The position numbers and the translations under genes were made by a program. A stretch of DNA of 64,000 nt, taken from the IMG/VR virus record IMGVR_UViG_3300025161_000004, positions 1 through 64,000 of that record; one strand, written 5' to 3'. The notes under the pieces are model-generated. The model was given only the letters and a program-made list of their open reading frames with translations, did no database searches and was not told where the DNA came from. Position 1 is the stretch's first letter. The number at the start of each line of letters is the position of its first letter. Shown one piece after another: positions 1 through 10,627 of the stretch.

Positions 1-75
1 GCAGGTATCTTCTTCAATAAAATAACAAGCACAAGGGTAAAAATATGAAAAACCAAGAAATCTGCCCAAGCCCAT

Positions 76-133
76 CGCACAACAGCGGCTATACGCCATT
101 AAAAACGGCGCATAGCCGCAAAACGTTAGCAGT
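76..133 (+). repeat. attC-like hairpin (integron cassette-type recombination site)
   Basis: GCACAAC (77-83), stem GCGGCTAT-a-CGCC / GGCG-c-ATAGCCGC, then GTTAGCAGT (125-133). The reverse complement ACTGCTAAC occurs at 216-224, as expected at the other end of a cassette. Confidence 0.55.
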
Positions 134-468
134 GAACATTCGTTTTACAGATATGGTATTAGATACGGGAAAAATTTATATAGATGCAGTCATTGTGGAA
201 AAGAAAAAAGCAATTACTGCTAACAGTGGTGTAAGGGAAGCACGCCCTTTATATTCTCGATGGGTTTAAAATTTTTTGATTTACTTTGGGAGGGTTTCAG
301 GTCGCCTCCCATTTTTTTTAATGGTTTTGTATAATGTACATCTATTCATAGAATGTACGATTTTAAAATCAACTTTTATAGCTAAGAATATTAAACTTGC
401 CACAAGTAATAATCATATCTATTGAATCTTAGGTAATAAACAAATTTGAATATATCATTATATACTCA

Positions 469-497
469 TAACTATCAGTATCATATAATCGTATAAT
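469..497 (+). promoter_or_regulatory. putative phage ECF-sigma promoter TAAC-N17-CGTATAAT
   Basis: Exact motif with fixed spacing, seen 6 times in the window. This copy is upstream of ORF 674. Confidence 0.65.
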
Positions 498-673
498 ACA
501 ATATAAAGGATAAGAATTATTCACCACATCAGTTTCTGGATAAAGAATTAAACATGGTCACATTATAATTTAATTACTACAACACATTTCTGTTTTTTTG
601 ATATGAAAAGAAACCAATACATATCACACAAAATTAGCCAAGAATTCAATTAAACATAGAAACCATTTAAATC

Positions 674-1312
674 ATGACCCAAGAACAAATTATTGTAAAG
701 ATTAAGGATATCTATAACACAGAAAAGGGTAAAGGTTTCATTTCTCATCTCTTACGCAGTTTCTTCCCTGTTAATAAAGCCAAGTATGTATTAGATGATG
801 AGAATGATGGTATACCTAAAGTATTGAAATGCTGTATTACAGGAGTTCAGGTATACTCTAGAAATTCTATCCTACAGACGATGCTTCAAAATAGTCATGA
901 TCTTTTCAGGGAGATTATTGAATTTATTAGAGTTAATAATCAAGAAGGTGAAATTGTTCCGTTATCTGAGTCTGTATCAAATAACATAAGAGAAAAACTG
1001 AGTACCATGCCATTGGCAGTAGTTTCGGATGAGAGCGATAAAGTATTGTCCGAAAGCGCATTTCATGCACTTCAAGAATTCTATTTTACTGAACTCATCA
1101 ATGGTAATAAACATATTAACTGGATTGCCAATAATGAGATAGCGAAATGGATCACTAAATCAGCTAAACGGGATGGATTTAATTTAACGAATAAGGAAGA
1201 AAAAGTGATTCATAAGGCTATAGAACATTCTAAAATGTCACTTGGTGAACTGGATACCTTTAAAGATTTGATAAAAAAATTTAAATCAAATAAGGATACA
1301 GATGCTAATTAA
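674..1312 (+). CDS. hypothetical phage protein
   Basis: 212-aa ORF with plausible composition and an upstream promoter motif. Confidence 0.75.
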   Translation: MTQEQIIVKIKDIYNTEKGKGFISHLLRSFFPVNKAKYVLDDENDGIPKVLKCCITGVQVYSRNSILQTMLQNSHDLFREIIEFIRVNNQEGEIVPLSESVSNNIREKLSTMPLAVVSDESDKVLSESAFHALQEFYFTELINGNKHINWIANNEIAKWITKSAKRDGFNLTNKEEKVIHKAIEHSKMSLGELDTFKDLIKKFKSNKDTDAN

Positions 1313-1504
1313 AAATTAAAATGGAAAGTTAATCATCACCAAATAAATTAGTCATATGAAAGAAAAACTGAGTTTCATAGAATTGGTAGTGGTTTCTCAT
1401 GACGGATGGTAATGAAGTAATATCTGAAAAGACGTTCTATGTGCTCAGAGGGTAACAAAAAAATGGTACGGAATAACAAAATGTTTAACTTCTAATTAAG
1501 AGAT

Positions 1505-1963
1505 GTGATGAAAAAACTAACTAAAAAACAGGTTATCATTCGGTTACAGAAAACCGTAAAGAAATTGAAGGCTTTGCCTAATTATAAATTTAACTATGGT
1601 AGTTACGTATACAAATCAAAGGAACTTAAGGATGGATCTACTTGTGGTACTGTCTGCTGCACTGCTGGTTGGTATCCTCTTTGGTTTCCTGATGCGGGTT
1701 TGATCTGGAATAATCATAATTTAGAATCCAATACGAAATATGATATCGATAAAACTTTAGCTAGGTATCATGGTATTAATATTAGATTAGTTAATGTACT
1801 TTTCTTGGGTATGGAAGATTTCTTTGATAGTAAGAGGTATAAATTCATAAAATGCTATATTGGTTTCGAGAAAAACGTTTCTAACGTAAAAAGGGATGAA
1901 GTCATCCAACTTTTTGAAATGGTGATTAATCTTATTAAGAAAGATGAAATAGACTATTGTTAA
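1505..1963 (+). CDS. hypothetical phage protein (CGTxxCxAGW motif)
   Basis: 152-aa ORF containing CGTVCCTAGW, a motif typical of small phage proteins. Confidence 0.7.
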   Translation: MMKKLTKKQVIIRLQKTVKKLKALPNYKFNYGSYVYKSKELKDGSTCGTVCCTAGWYPLWFPDAGLIWNNHNLESNTKYDIDKTLARYHGINIRLVNVLFLGMEDFFDSKRYKFIKCYIGFEKNVSNVKRDEVIQLFEMVINLIKKDEIDYC

Positions 1964-2459
1964 AGTGATTATTAAGTATTAACACTAATAATATTAACTA
2001 CGTCAATATATTTACCACCAACAATGTACACATCTGAGACAGATATCAAATTACGATAATCAATAAGGTTGGTAACAAAATCGAAATTATCATAGAATGT
2101 ACGATTTCTGATAATTAATTATCATCCCATACTATGCAAAAGGCTATCTGGGAACGGATAGCCTTTTATTTTCTTATAATGTACATGATTATCTAACGTT
2201 ACATTATACGGGTTCAGATAATGCATTTTTCCCTTAATACATTGACCCATGAATGTACGACTTAAAGCATAATAATTAGCACATCATAGATTGTAAATCT
2301 CTCGTCCCATTTTTATCCTAAATTTGGGACGAATAATTTTAGTTAAGAATTATTTTATAACTATAAATGTAATTTTAGATAATAATAACAGTCACTAATA
2401 ACAACCTTCTATTACATCATGCGATATGAGATTATATTAATCCATAATTTATAATTAAG

Positions 2460-2524
2460 AATGGGTTTCTGATTTGTAAATATCAGAAATTTATAGTTAA
2501 GAATGGGTTTCTGATTTAGAATTG
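2460..2524 (+). repeat. direct repeat copy 1 (about 65 bp; copy 2 at 3069-3133)
   Basis: aatgggtttctgatttgtaaatatcagaaatttatagttaagaatgggtttctgatttagaattg occurs twice. Confidence 0.85.
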
Positions 2525-2895
2525 TTTGTATTCCAAATATTTGTCCTACCATAAAAGCATTTAACTACATTGTACACCTGATAATACCTTCATCTTATAT
2601 GAATGTACGATATTCTACAATGTACGAGTTCTGTATCATTCTGATTGATTTTGAAATCAATGGTTATTGGAATTTCTATTTAGAAATTTCTTTATTACAT
2701 ATTTATTTGGTTATTATATATTTCAAGGATGATTCAGATGGATTAACTATTAATCTTTCTGTGTTTTAAGCATAGGAAACATGTCTGCAATGGCTATTAT
2801 TAATGATTTCTGAGTTTGTGTTCTACTATCATACAGAGTTTCTAAATAAGAAAAAATAAGATGATTTATGGTTCGGTAATCCCTAATTACTCTTA

Positions 2896-2973
2896 TTAAG
2901 ATATGATTTTAAGATAATAATAGAACTTAATCGAGTTAAGATATGATTTTAAGATAATAATAGAACTTAATCG
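2896..2973 (+). repeat. tandem repeat, 40-bp period, 2 copies
   Basis: ttaagatatgattttaagataataatagaacttaatcg at 2896 and 2936. Confidence 0.9.
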
Positions 2974-3230
2974 TGAGAAAACGGATAGCTCCTTATTTTC
3001 TTATGATGTACATGATTATCTAACGTTGTATTATACGGGTTCAGATAAAGTATTTTCTTTCTTAATACAATGGGTTTCTGATTTGTAAATATCAGAAATT
3101 TATAGTTAAGAATGGGTTTCTGATTTAGAATTGCTTACATTCTAATTAGGAAACGTGACAGAATCAGAATTCTTGGTCGGGAAAAAAATTTTAATTAAAA
3201 AAAAATTCTCGTGTGGGCACTCCAAAAAAT

Positions 3231-3359
3231 ATCTAATTCTAACTATATCCGATTTTAATGACAAATCTAATTCTAACTATATCCGATTTTAATGACAAAT
3301 CTAATTCTAACTATATCCGATTTTAATGACAAATCTAATTCTAACTATATATATCCGAT
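3231..3359 (+). repeat. tandem repeat, 34-bp unit, 3 copies plus a partial copy
   Basis: atctaattctaactatatccgattttaatgacaa at 3231, 3265 and 3299, partial at 3333. Confidence 0.92.
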
Positions 3360-3725
3360 ATCTCTTTAAGGCATTTTTTTATGAGAAAAACGAATATTTA
3401 GGCATCCCATTCACAACACACGTCAATTTTCTGGTTTTTTTCATGTAAAAACGCAATTTTTTACTACTCTATAAAACACTAAAGCACACCTCAAAAGTAC
3501 CATTATGGTACATAAAAGTACATATAAAATACCCGATAATTTGATGCCTTAGAACGTGTAAAAACGAATCAACTTCATGTACCTATAATCTCAATTAATT
3601 TCTTTGCATCCCTTTTCATTAAGAATATCTTTCAATCAAAGAAAATGATTGTAATTATTTCTTATATCTTCCAAATTCTATCTTAGAATTATACCCACAA
3701 ATCTTTCAATATCATCAGTAAAGGA

Positions 3726-3935
3726 TTAGTCTCTATAATCACAACCACAGTAATACCCTGTCACCTGATATTCATCACTATTAATTTCTTTCCATCCCTT
3801 TTCATTAAGAATATCTTTCAATTCATTTTTTGTTGATGCAGCAACTGTTTCTTGGTGCATACACATGCAACATTCAAGTTGAATAAAATAGCCTTGATTG
3901 TATTCCTTTTGGCTTATTGATTTTAATCTTTCCAT
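3726..3935 (-). CDS. small Cys-rich hypothetical protein
   Basis: 69 aa with CCMC and CGC motifs. Confidence 0.55.
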   Translation of the reverse strand: MERLKSISQKEYNQGYFIQLECCMCMHQETVAASTKNELKDILNEKGWKEINSDEYQVTGYYCGCDYRD

Positions 3936-3950
3936 AATTATATGTGTTTT

Positions 3951-4047
3951 ATTCTGTATTATTCTATATTATTTTATTCTGTATTATTCTGTGTTATTTT
4001 ATTCTATATTATTCTGTATTATATTATATTATTCTGTATTATTCTAT
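3951..4047. repeat. degenerate 5-nt-unit microsatellite (attct/gtatt/atatt)
   Basis: Directly visible low-complexity array. Confidence 0.8.
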
Positions 4048-4135
4048 TTTCTTTAGATTTATCTTTCTTTATCCTTAGCATAATTAACATAAAAAATCTC
4101 ATATGAACTCAATTCATCTTTGATTTTCGATGCAA

Positions 4136-4372
4136 TCAGGGAAGATAAGATATATCATTATTAGTTGATGATTTTTTCATTATATCGATAACTGCATTAC
4201 CAAACTTTATTAGTTTAGATTCCACTTCCGCCATCGCATGAATCCCTCTTTCCTTCCAGAAATTATATCGTTCAATCCTCCTGTTTTGTATTTCCTGATA
4301 CTTTTCTAATGTTATCCCATTCTCAATCAATTCAGTCGCTGCTTCTAAGGGTGTTTGATTCCAGTGCGTCAT
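4136..4372 (-). CDS. hypothetical protein
   Basis: 78-aa ORF. Confidence 0.6.
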   Translation of the reverse strand: MTHWNQTPLEAATELIENGITLEKYQEIQNRRIERYNFWKERGIHAMAEVESKLIKFGNAVIDIMKKSSTNNDISYLP

Positions 4373-4575
4373 ATTCGAATTTTTATATGTAATTCAATAA
4401 ATTAAACCACCTCAATCCATAATATTCTGATGATTATTTAGATGATACATTATGGTAGTTAAATTTAGCTTTTTATTGGATTAATAATTTTACGACTTAC
4501 ATCTGCATTAGAATAATCGTAAATGAGATTCTTTATAAGAAACCAATGTAAATTTAGGTTTCTATTTTTTTCATT

Positions 4576-4708
4576 TGAGAGTATATTCTCTTAGCAGGAG
4601 TTATTCCGTTATTGCAATATTACCTCCATCCTTATCGGTGTTGTGTATATCATTTCAACAACACCGACCCTTTTCTGCCCCAGATTTACCAAGAGAAATA
4701 TACTCTCA
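4576..4708. ncRNA. candidate structured RNA or DNA element
   Basis: Outer stem tgagagtatattctctt (4576-4592) / aagagaaatatactctca (4691-4708) and inner stem tcggtgttg / caacaccga, in intergenic DNA. Confidence 0.4.
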
Positions 4709-5038
4709 TATGAACCGATTTAATGTTTACATAATTTTAATATGTTTATGGTAGTTTTAGCTTATTTTCTCCCTTTTATATCATCTAACCTCTAATTAGG
4801 AATGATACTGAGAGAAATCATCCGCTAATCGCTCCATCTCTTTAGTGTATGTTTCTTGAATCTCTCTACCTATAATTGATTTGATATTTGTCATCAAATC
4901 ATACGTTTTAGTTAAACTTTCTTGTACCGATACCGACAATGATTTCCACCACTCAATAGCTTTTACTCTTTTATCTATATTCTGTCTAAGTAATCAGTAT
5001 AAGTAATCCTTTTAATAAATAAAAAAACGTTACACAAT

Positions 5039-5067
5039 ATTATACGATATATCGCTTAATTTGGTTA
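5039..5067 (-). promoter_or_regulatory. putative phage ECF-sigma promoter TAAC-N17-CGTATAAT
   Basis: Exact motif with 17-nt spacer. Confidence 0.6.
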
Positions 5068-5142
5068 TAAAAAAGTAGAATTTAATAATAAGACACAAAC
5101 TTTTAAAATAGAAAAATTTAAATTTTTTAACTAAGAAAGATT

Positions 5143-5835
5143 CTATAAACAAATATTCAGTTTCTTTAATTGATTCGCCAGTATTTCTAAATCGCTTTTT
5201 AGATAACATCCAGATGTAATTTCGTTTAGAAACTCCTCACCGTTTCTTTGTGGTATTACCGATAAATGTGGGATATTAAAAATATCGTTATAGTCATCAG
5301 TAAGTTCTCTTTCAATGTATACGCCACATACAATTATTTGATTGGGATATATATAATTATTTATTACGTAAAAAGTTTTACCACGATCATCAGGAATACC
5401 ATCAGTAATGATGATCAACACCTTCTTCGTATCGTAATCGCTTTCATCCGAAAAAATATTACTTGCTTCCATAAAAGCATATTCCATTTTAGTTGTTCCA
5501 TAACCCTTTTGTTTTGAAAGATAATTGATACCTATTTTTATTGTATTCCTATCATTGGTTAATTTAAATATGATTCGAGATGTACTATTAAACATGATAA
5601 TAGATACCCTAATATCATTAATACCGATATCAAGATGATTAATGAAATCATCGATAGCAGAAATCACTTTGGACTCATTACCAATCATTGATGCCGAGTA
5701 ATCAGCAAGAATTATTATATCCATCTTACCACATTGTGGCTTATAGATAAATGATACCAGAATCAAAAATATGGTTATAAGTATTTTCATTAAATCATCT
5801 TTAAATAAGTTATGGTTTTGAAACTGTTTTCTCAT
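5143..5835 (-). CDS. von Willebrand factor A domain protein with N-terminal signal/TM segment
   Basis: MIDAS motif DIIILADYSASM and IIITDG. Real start is probably MKILITIF. Confidence 0.85.
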   Translation of the reverse strand: MRKQFQNHNLFKDDLMKILITIFLILVSFIYKPQCGKMDIIILADYSASMIGNESKVISAIDDFINHLDIGINDIRVSIIMFNSTSRIIFKLTNDRNTIKIGINYLSKQKGYGTTKMEYAFMEASNIFSDESDYDTKKVLIIITDGIPDDRGKTFYVINNYIYPNQIIVCGVYIERELTDDYNDIFNIPHLSVIPQRNGEEFLNEITSGCYLKSDLEILANQLKKLNICL

Positions 5836-6304
5836 TTATTATTGAAAAATATTTCACATGAGATGCTACTTTATCACCACTTAAACAATTAATGGTTAAA
5901 TATGAACCAACACCATCATTACAGCACATACTTAATAATTTAGGTGGACATACAGAATATATAATTAATGTATCAGTTTTACAATCCATAAAAACCACCT
6001 TAACAACGTATTGCTCTATCACTATGATACTTCGATTTTCCACAACCCAATACAAGAGCTACAATAACAAAAACTAAGAATAGATTTTTCATTGTTTTTA
6101 AAATTTAGATTAAGACATGTTACCAATACAGATTATATTAAATTTATCATCAGTATTCATTAATATATTTAATGCCACCCTACCAATATTTTTGGTTTTC
6201 ATCATTTTTAAATCATCACTACTAACTATCTTTCCAAAATAATTATCTTATTCATTTATTACATCCACAATATTTAGCACAATAAGTATCACATTTCGCT
6301 TATT

Positions 6305-6724
6305 TTATTTAATTACTGTCCACATTCTATTTTTTAATTTTTCATTTGCTTCCACACAAACTTTACATGCTGTTATTATCCATCCACTGGAACACATTAC
6401 ATTTTCAGTTGAACCACAAAACTCACATGTTTTACATGATAAATTTTCCGCATCTGAAACCATCTTATCTATTAGTTCATCTCCACCAAAATAATTAAAT
6501 CTAAGTTCACCGAATTTCTCCTTCACTTGTGTAATTTTAAACGAATTTATAAAATCCTTATCTTTTGTTTTAAGATATGTATCTATATCACTGAGAAGTT
6601 TATCCAGCAAATCATACCAACCAATCCCGCATTCAAAACCAAATATATATATGGGATATGTAGAATCGGTAATAAATAAATAAGAATATTTTTCTAATAG
6701 TTTATCATAATTTTTTTCTGACAT
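6305..6724 (-). CDS. conserved phage hypothetical protein (QVKEKFG family, C-terminal Zn ribbon)
   Basis: GFECGIGW, QVKEKFGELRF, CEFCG and CKVC motifs. Confidence 0.75.
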   Translation of the reverse strand: MSEKNYDKLLEKYSYLFITDSTYPIYIFGFECGIGWYDLLDKLLSDIDTYLKTKDKDFINSFKITQVKEKFGELRFNYFGGDELIDKMVSDAENLSCKTCEFCGSTENVMCSSGWIITACKVCVEANEKLKNRMWTVIK

Positions 6725-7058
6725 TTCAATAAATTCTTATTGTGATAATTTAATTTATTTATGTATTAATTTATGATATTCATAATTAATACATTCACCC
6801 TCTAAAACGAATTTGTCTATGTAATTATAATACACAATATCGTGACCATTCCAATTACTCACGTCATAGATGAAATATGTTCTACATAGCATATTATCAA
6901 TCTGATAATTCCTTATAAAAGTATTCAATACTGGATATTGAGTTATGTTGTTATTATAGGTAGCCATTTATGAACGTAAATATAAATATTAATTTTGAAT
7001 ATTAAAAAATACTTAAATTCATTTGGAATATTAATTTTTTTTATATATTTACTACTTT

Positions 7059-7594
7059 ATGAAAAAAATTTTATTACTAAAACCATCTGATTACGAAATT
7101 GAAATATGTAAACTTTTTTCGAATAATTGTGTAAAATCTAATAAAAATGAATATTATAGAAGAAATCAACAAAATCTTAGTAAATTAATCGATGATATTT
7201 ATTTGGGTAAAATTGCTGAAATATTAGTATATAATCATCTGAAGACTAATGGTGTCAATGTTACACCAGTTGATTTTATGATTTATGATAAAAAATATAA
7301 ATCATATGATGCTGATTTATTAATAATAAAAAAAATGTAGTGAACTTTCTACATGTTAAAGGCTGTGCTGAGAATGATAATTTTCCAAATAGTTGGGTTT
7401 TTCAGCCCAATGATCCATTACTAAAAAACCCAAACCCCAATGATTATCTGGCATTAGTTGTGTTCCCTAAAAACTATGAAAAAAATGCCTATTGTTATTT
7501 CATAAACCCCAAAAAAAAGAACTTGATTTATAGAGATCCAATAAATCCTAAAATTAAAAAAAAGGTTATTTACGAATCAGATTTAATCAATTAA
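7059..7594 (+). pseudogene. PD-(D/E)xK-like nuclease split by a frameshift at an A8 tract (7328-7335)
   Basis: ORF 7059-7340 carries GKIAE and DADL, and ORF 7340-7594 carries HVK. One extra A joins them as DADLLIIKKNVVNFLHVK. Confidence 0.6.
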
Positions 7595-8053
7595 CTCAAA
7601 CTCTGTAATGAAGGAATAATGTTTATCATATGCATAACCACGTAAAACGTGTTTAATACCCCTATATTCCGTTTCTTGTCCTGAATTGAATGATAATCTA
7701 TTTTTAAACCAAAAATATTTAAAACCTTCTCTATTAATAAAATCTTGCCATCCTTTGGGGTTGAAAGCAATTAGTTTACAATTAATATTTGAACAGGAGC
7801 AGTCAATACAAACCTTAATTGGTCTTGTATCAAATTTAATTACTTGCACCCATGCAGGAGATAATTTTATACCTTTAGTTGTGTCAAGTTTAATTTCTCC
7901 CGTAAACAAATTTCTGGATACGCTTACATGATGTGTATCATTATAATGAATAAAAAACATCCAAAACAATAATAGTATAGCAAAACCAGTAGCTATTTTT
8001 TTAGTTGCCGGTCGCTGTACTGTCAGTTTTAATATCGTAAGCATGTGACTCAT
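7583..8053 (-). CDS. membrane-anchored SPFH/band-7-like protein (paralog of the neighbouring gene)
   Basis: TM helix followed by FTGEI, DTRP and FNPKG, all shared with 8001-8477. Confidence 0.6.
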   Translation of the reverse strand: MSHMLTILKLTVQRPATKKIATGFAILLLFWMFFIHYNDTHHVSVSRNLFTGEIKLDTTKGIKLSPAWVQVIKFDTRPIKVCIDCSCSNINCKLIAFNPKGWQDFINREGFKYFWFKNRLSFNSGQETEYRGIKHVLRGYAYDKHYSFITEFELID

Positions 8054-8477
8054 TTTTCAATTCTTTTAACACAATCAAAAACGGATAATCATTTTGTGAA
8101 GGATCGAACGCATAACTGGTAAGTATAGGATCAAGTTTAATTTGATCATAATCACCTCTACCATGCCATGAAATGAATAGCTTATAGCCTTTAGGATTGA
8201 ACTGTACGAGCTTTGCATTGAGTACTCTATTATTTGCACTAACCTTTACCTGAAAAGGTCTGGTGTCAATAGTATGAATCTTAACGATAAATGGTGCTGA
8301 CCATATATATCCTTTTTGATTCACTTCTGTGATTTCACCAGTAAGCGCATCGAATCGATATCCAAATTCATGGTTATCTACAAAATTAATAAATGTCACT
8401 CGTATAAAGAGTGCTACTATTAATGCAACCACAATTAATGAACCTACACCTATTCCGATTTTTTCTAAATTATTCAT
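8001..8477 (-). CDS. membrane-anchored SPFH/band-7-like protein
   Basis: N-terminal TM, then VDNHEFG, GYIWSAPF and IDTRP, resembling the SPFH N-terminal region. Confidence 0.6.
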   Translation of the reverse strand: MNNLEKIGIGVGSLIVVALIVALFIRVTFINFVDNHEFGYRFDALTGEITEVNQKGYIWSAPFIVKIHTIDTRPFQVKVSANNRVLNAKLVQFNPKGYKLFISWHGRGDYDQIKLDPILTSYAFDPSQNDYPFLIVLKELKNESHAYDIKTDSTATGN

Positions 8478-8805
8478 AACTATTTTTTTTTTGATTAAGA
8501 TTTATAAAATGTTGATCATTCCTGTAGTTTATATGATTTCAGTTATCTTTAACCAGTATATTACTGGTAATAAAACCCCAAACATCGATAAACCTTTTAA
8601 AATAAAAAATACTATCCAAGACATTTTTTTCATTTCAGCTATTAGTATCAAGAATGATAAAATGAAACAAATTATGCTCATTGCCAGTATTAGTTTTTCC
8701 ATAAATTTATTAAATCAATTAGTAAAATAATTAAATTAAAATTTTTATTTTAAAACAGTAAAATTTTCCCCTTAAATTTTATTGTTCGTATTTTACTAAA
8801 GTAAA

Positions 8806-9309
8806 TCATCTATTCTTATCTAACCTAATTGGGTATGGTACTATCATTAGCCTAACTATCATTTTTGTGGTTAATTCAATACAGTCAGTATTTTCCCAAT
8901 CAAACCACATTTTCATAAAATCACTACGATATACTGAAATATTTTTATTTAGATATGGATCATACACGTGAACATATTTTTTATCAACACCTAAAACTAT
9001 TACTACATGTCCAGTTGGTGATGTTTCCAAAGTGCTCAAAAAAATGTCGGCAATCACAGGTACTTTATGCCGAGTCCAATACTCTAAATCATCAATAGTT
9101 GAATTCTTATAGATTCTTGCACCTATACCATAACTCTTAAGTGCTCTAACTATATCTTCATTGCTACATCCATATTCATATGAATGATTACAGCGTTTAG
9201 CTATCTCATCTTCAGTTTTATCAATACCATAATAGTAGAGTATAGTTTTAACAACAGCTACACCACATCTACTATCATCACTTTGTTTAAATCCAGTCAA
9301 TTCAATCAT
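8806..9309 (-). CDS. peptidase C39-like cysteine protease
   Basis: Q..CG (KQSDDSRCG), GHVV and VYDP catalytic motifs. Confidence 0.85.
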   Translation of the reverse strand: MIELTGFKQSDDSRCGVAVVKTILYYYGIDKTEDEIAKRCNHSYEYGCSNEDIVRALKSYGIGARIYKNSTIDDLEYWTRHKVPVIADIFLSTLETSPTGHVVIVLGVDKKYVHVYDPYLNKNISVYRSDFMKMWFDWENTDCIELTTKMIVRLMIVPYPIRLDKNR

Positions 9310-9670
9310 AGATCAGATTCTCAATTTAAACATTCACCCTCTGAAAAAGACTAATTAACAAGAACCAAATTTCATTTTTTTATTTGCAATATATATTAAT
9401 TTACGCAAATTTGCAAGCTATACATCACCATATGCAAATATTGCATATTCGTTATTCTAATGTTAGAATTGTGCGTCAATAATAAAAAGAAATTATTTTA
9501 TGTCGGTATATAAGCACCAAAGCAATGATAATTATTAAAATCTATATGAAATTGTAATTCAGTGTAAAATAGTTTTCAAGACTTAATGAACATATAATAA
9601 AACAGGTTTCATTGAACCTTATCTATTGATAAGTTTAAAGATCCATATACCATGAATTGGTATTTCATAA

Positions 9671-10627
9671 TTAATCTTCCCACTTAATTCCAGGGCAGTT
9701 GTTACGTTTCAATGTCACCAATAATTCCCACAAGAAAACTATACTATTTTTTATTTTAATAAAAGGATATGCAAATGCATCACCTAACACATTAAATATT
9801 TTATTAATTCTATAACGATTTTTTTCACATGGTACACAATATTTACCAAATACGCACCACAATTTAACTACTATTTTAATTAAAAATTTAAATGTGTGCC
9901 AAAATATAACACCTAAGATTCCAATAATCAATATTCCACCAATAATTATTCCAAATTTCTTAAGTATATTTAACCAATTCCAACCAGCCACAATTAAGAT
10001 AAGTTTATACAATAAAAATACTATAAGTAATAATGCTATAACTCCAAGAACCTTAACTATCACCTTAACTATGGGTAATACTTTAGCAATTTTTTGACGA
10101 TTATTTTTTTCTTTAGCAACCTTTAATTCACATAACTTATGTTCGATTTCACTTCTATTTTTACGTAACTCAGATCTTTTTTTATAATACAGATCTATCA
10201 AACATTCTTTCTTTTCCAAACTCAATTTATTATGGTAGAAATTATGAAATTTACTTTTCTTATCGTAATCAGCAACCATAATTTTATGAATTAACTCATA
10301 TTCTTCATCACTAATTTCACCTTTGAAAATAATATTGTTTAATTTGTCAAGATAACTATTATACCATCTTTCTCTTTTTTCATTACACATTTTCTCATAT
10401 GCTTTTGAAAGTGCATCAAGATGTGTTATTACAAAATCACTGATTTTTTTTACGATTAATACCACAACATCATATAATATGATGAATGGTGATATTAATA
10501 CATTAAACACCGTCAACCAGAAATAAGGACACATATTACTAAAATCGTAATAGTTCCAACCCCAAATTCTTTTCATTAACTTAGTATGCCAAGAATTCTT
10601 TTTTAGTACAAACACATCTTTAATCAT
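9671..10627 (-). CDS. multi-TM membrane protein
   Basis: 318 aa with several hydrophobic helices and a CPYFW motif. Confidence 0.75.
   Translation of the reverse strand: MIKDVFVLKKNSWHTKLMKRIWGWNYYDFSNMCPYFWLTVFNVLISPFIILYDVVVLIVKKISDFVITHLDALSKAYEKMCNEKRERWYNSYLDKLNNIIFKGEISDEEYELIHKIMVADYDKKSKFHNFYHNKLSLEKKECLIDLYYKKRSELRKNRSEIEHKLCELKVAKEKNNRQKIAKVLPIVKVIVKVLGVIALLLIVFLLYKLILIVAGWNWLNILKKFGIIIGGILIIGILGVIFWHTFKFLIKIVVKLWCVFGKYCVPCEKNRYRINKIFNVLGDAFAYPFIKIKNSIVFLWELLVTLKRNNCPGIKWED

Larger units (their letters stand above)
1964..3725. other. long non-coding, repeat-rich region where plus- and minus-strand genes converge (candidate origin, terminus or packaging region)
   Basis: No ORF of 60 aa or more. 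Contains repeated AATGTAC motifs, duplicated 65-90 bp blocks, tandem repeats and hairpins. Confidence 0.55.

Noticed and set aside
2203-3037. CGTATAAT copies at 2203-2210 and 3030-3037 (minus strand) as ECF promoters
   Set aside because: They lack TAAC at the 17-nt spacing and are part of a duplicated block.
3231-3359. 34-bp repeats as a CRISPR array
   Set aside because: The units are head-to-tail with no unique spacers, and no cas genes are present.
3595-3636. 42-bp near-duplicate of 3781-3822
   Set aside because: Probably a decayed partial duplication of the small ORF at 3726-3935, with no evidence of function.
4101-4111. 11-nt match (tgagttcatat) to the predicted TnpB guide at 20003-20013
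   Set aside because: The adjacent 5' motif is GAAT rather than TTAT and the match stops at 11 nt, so it is probably chance in AT-rich DNA.
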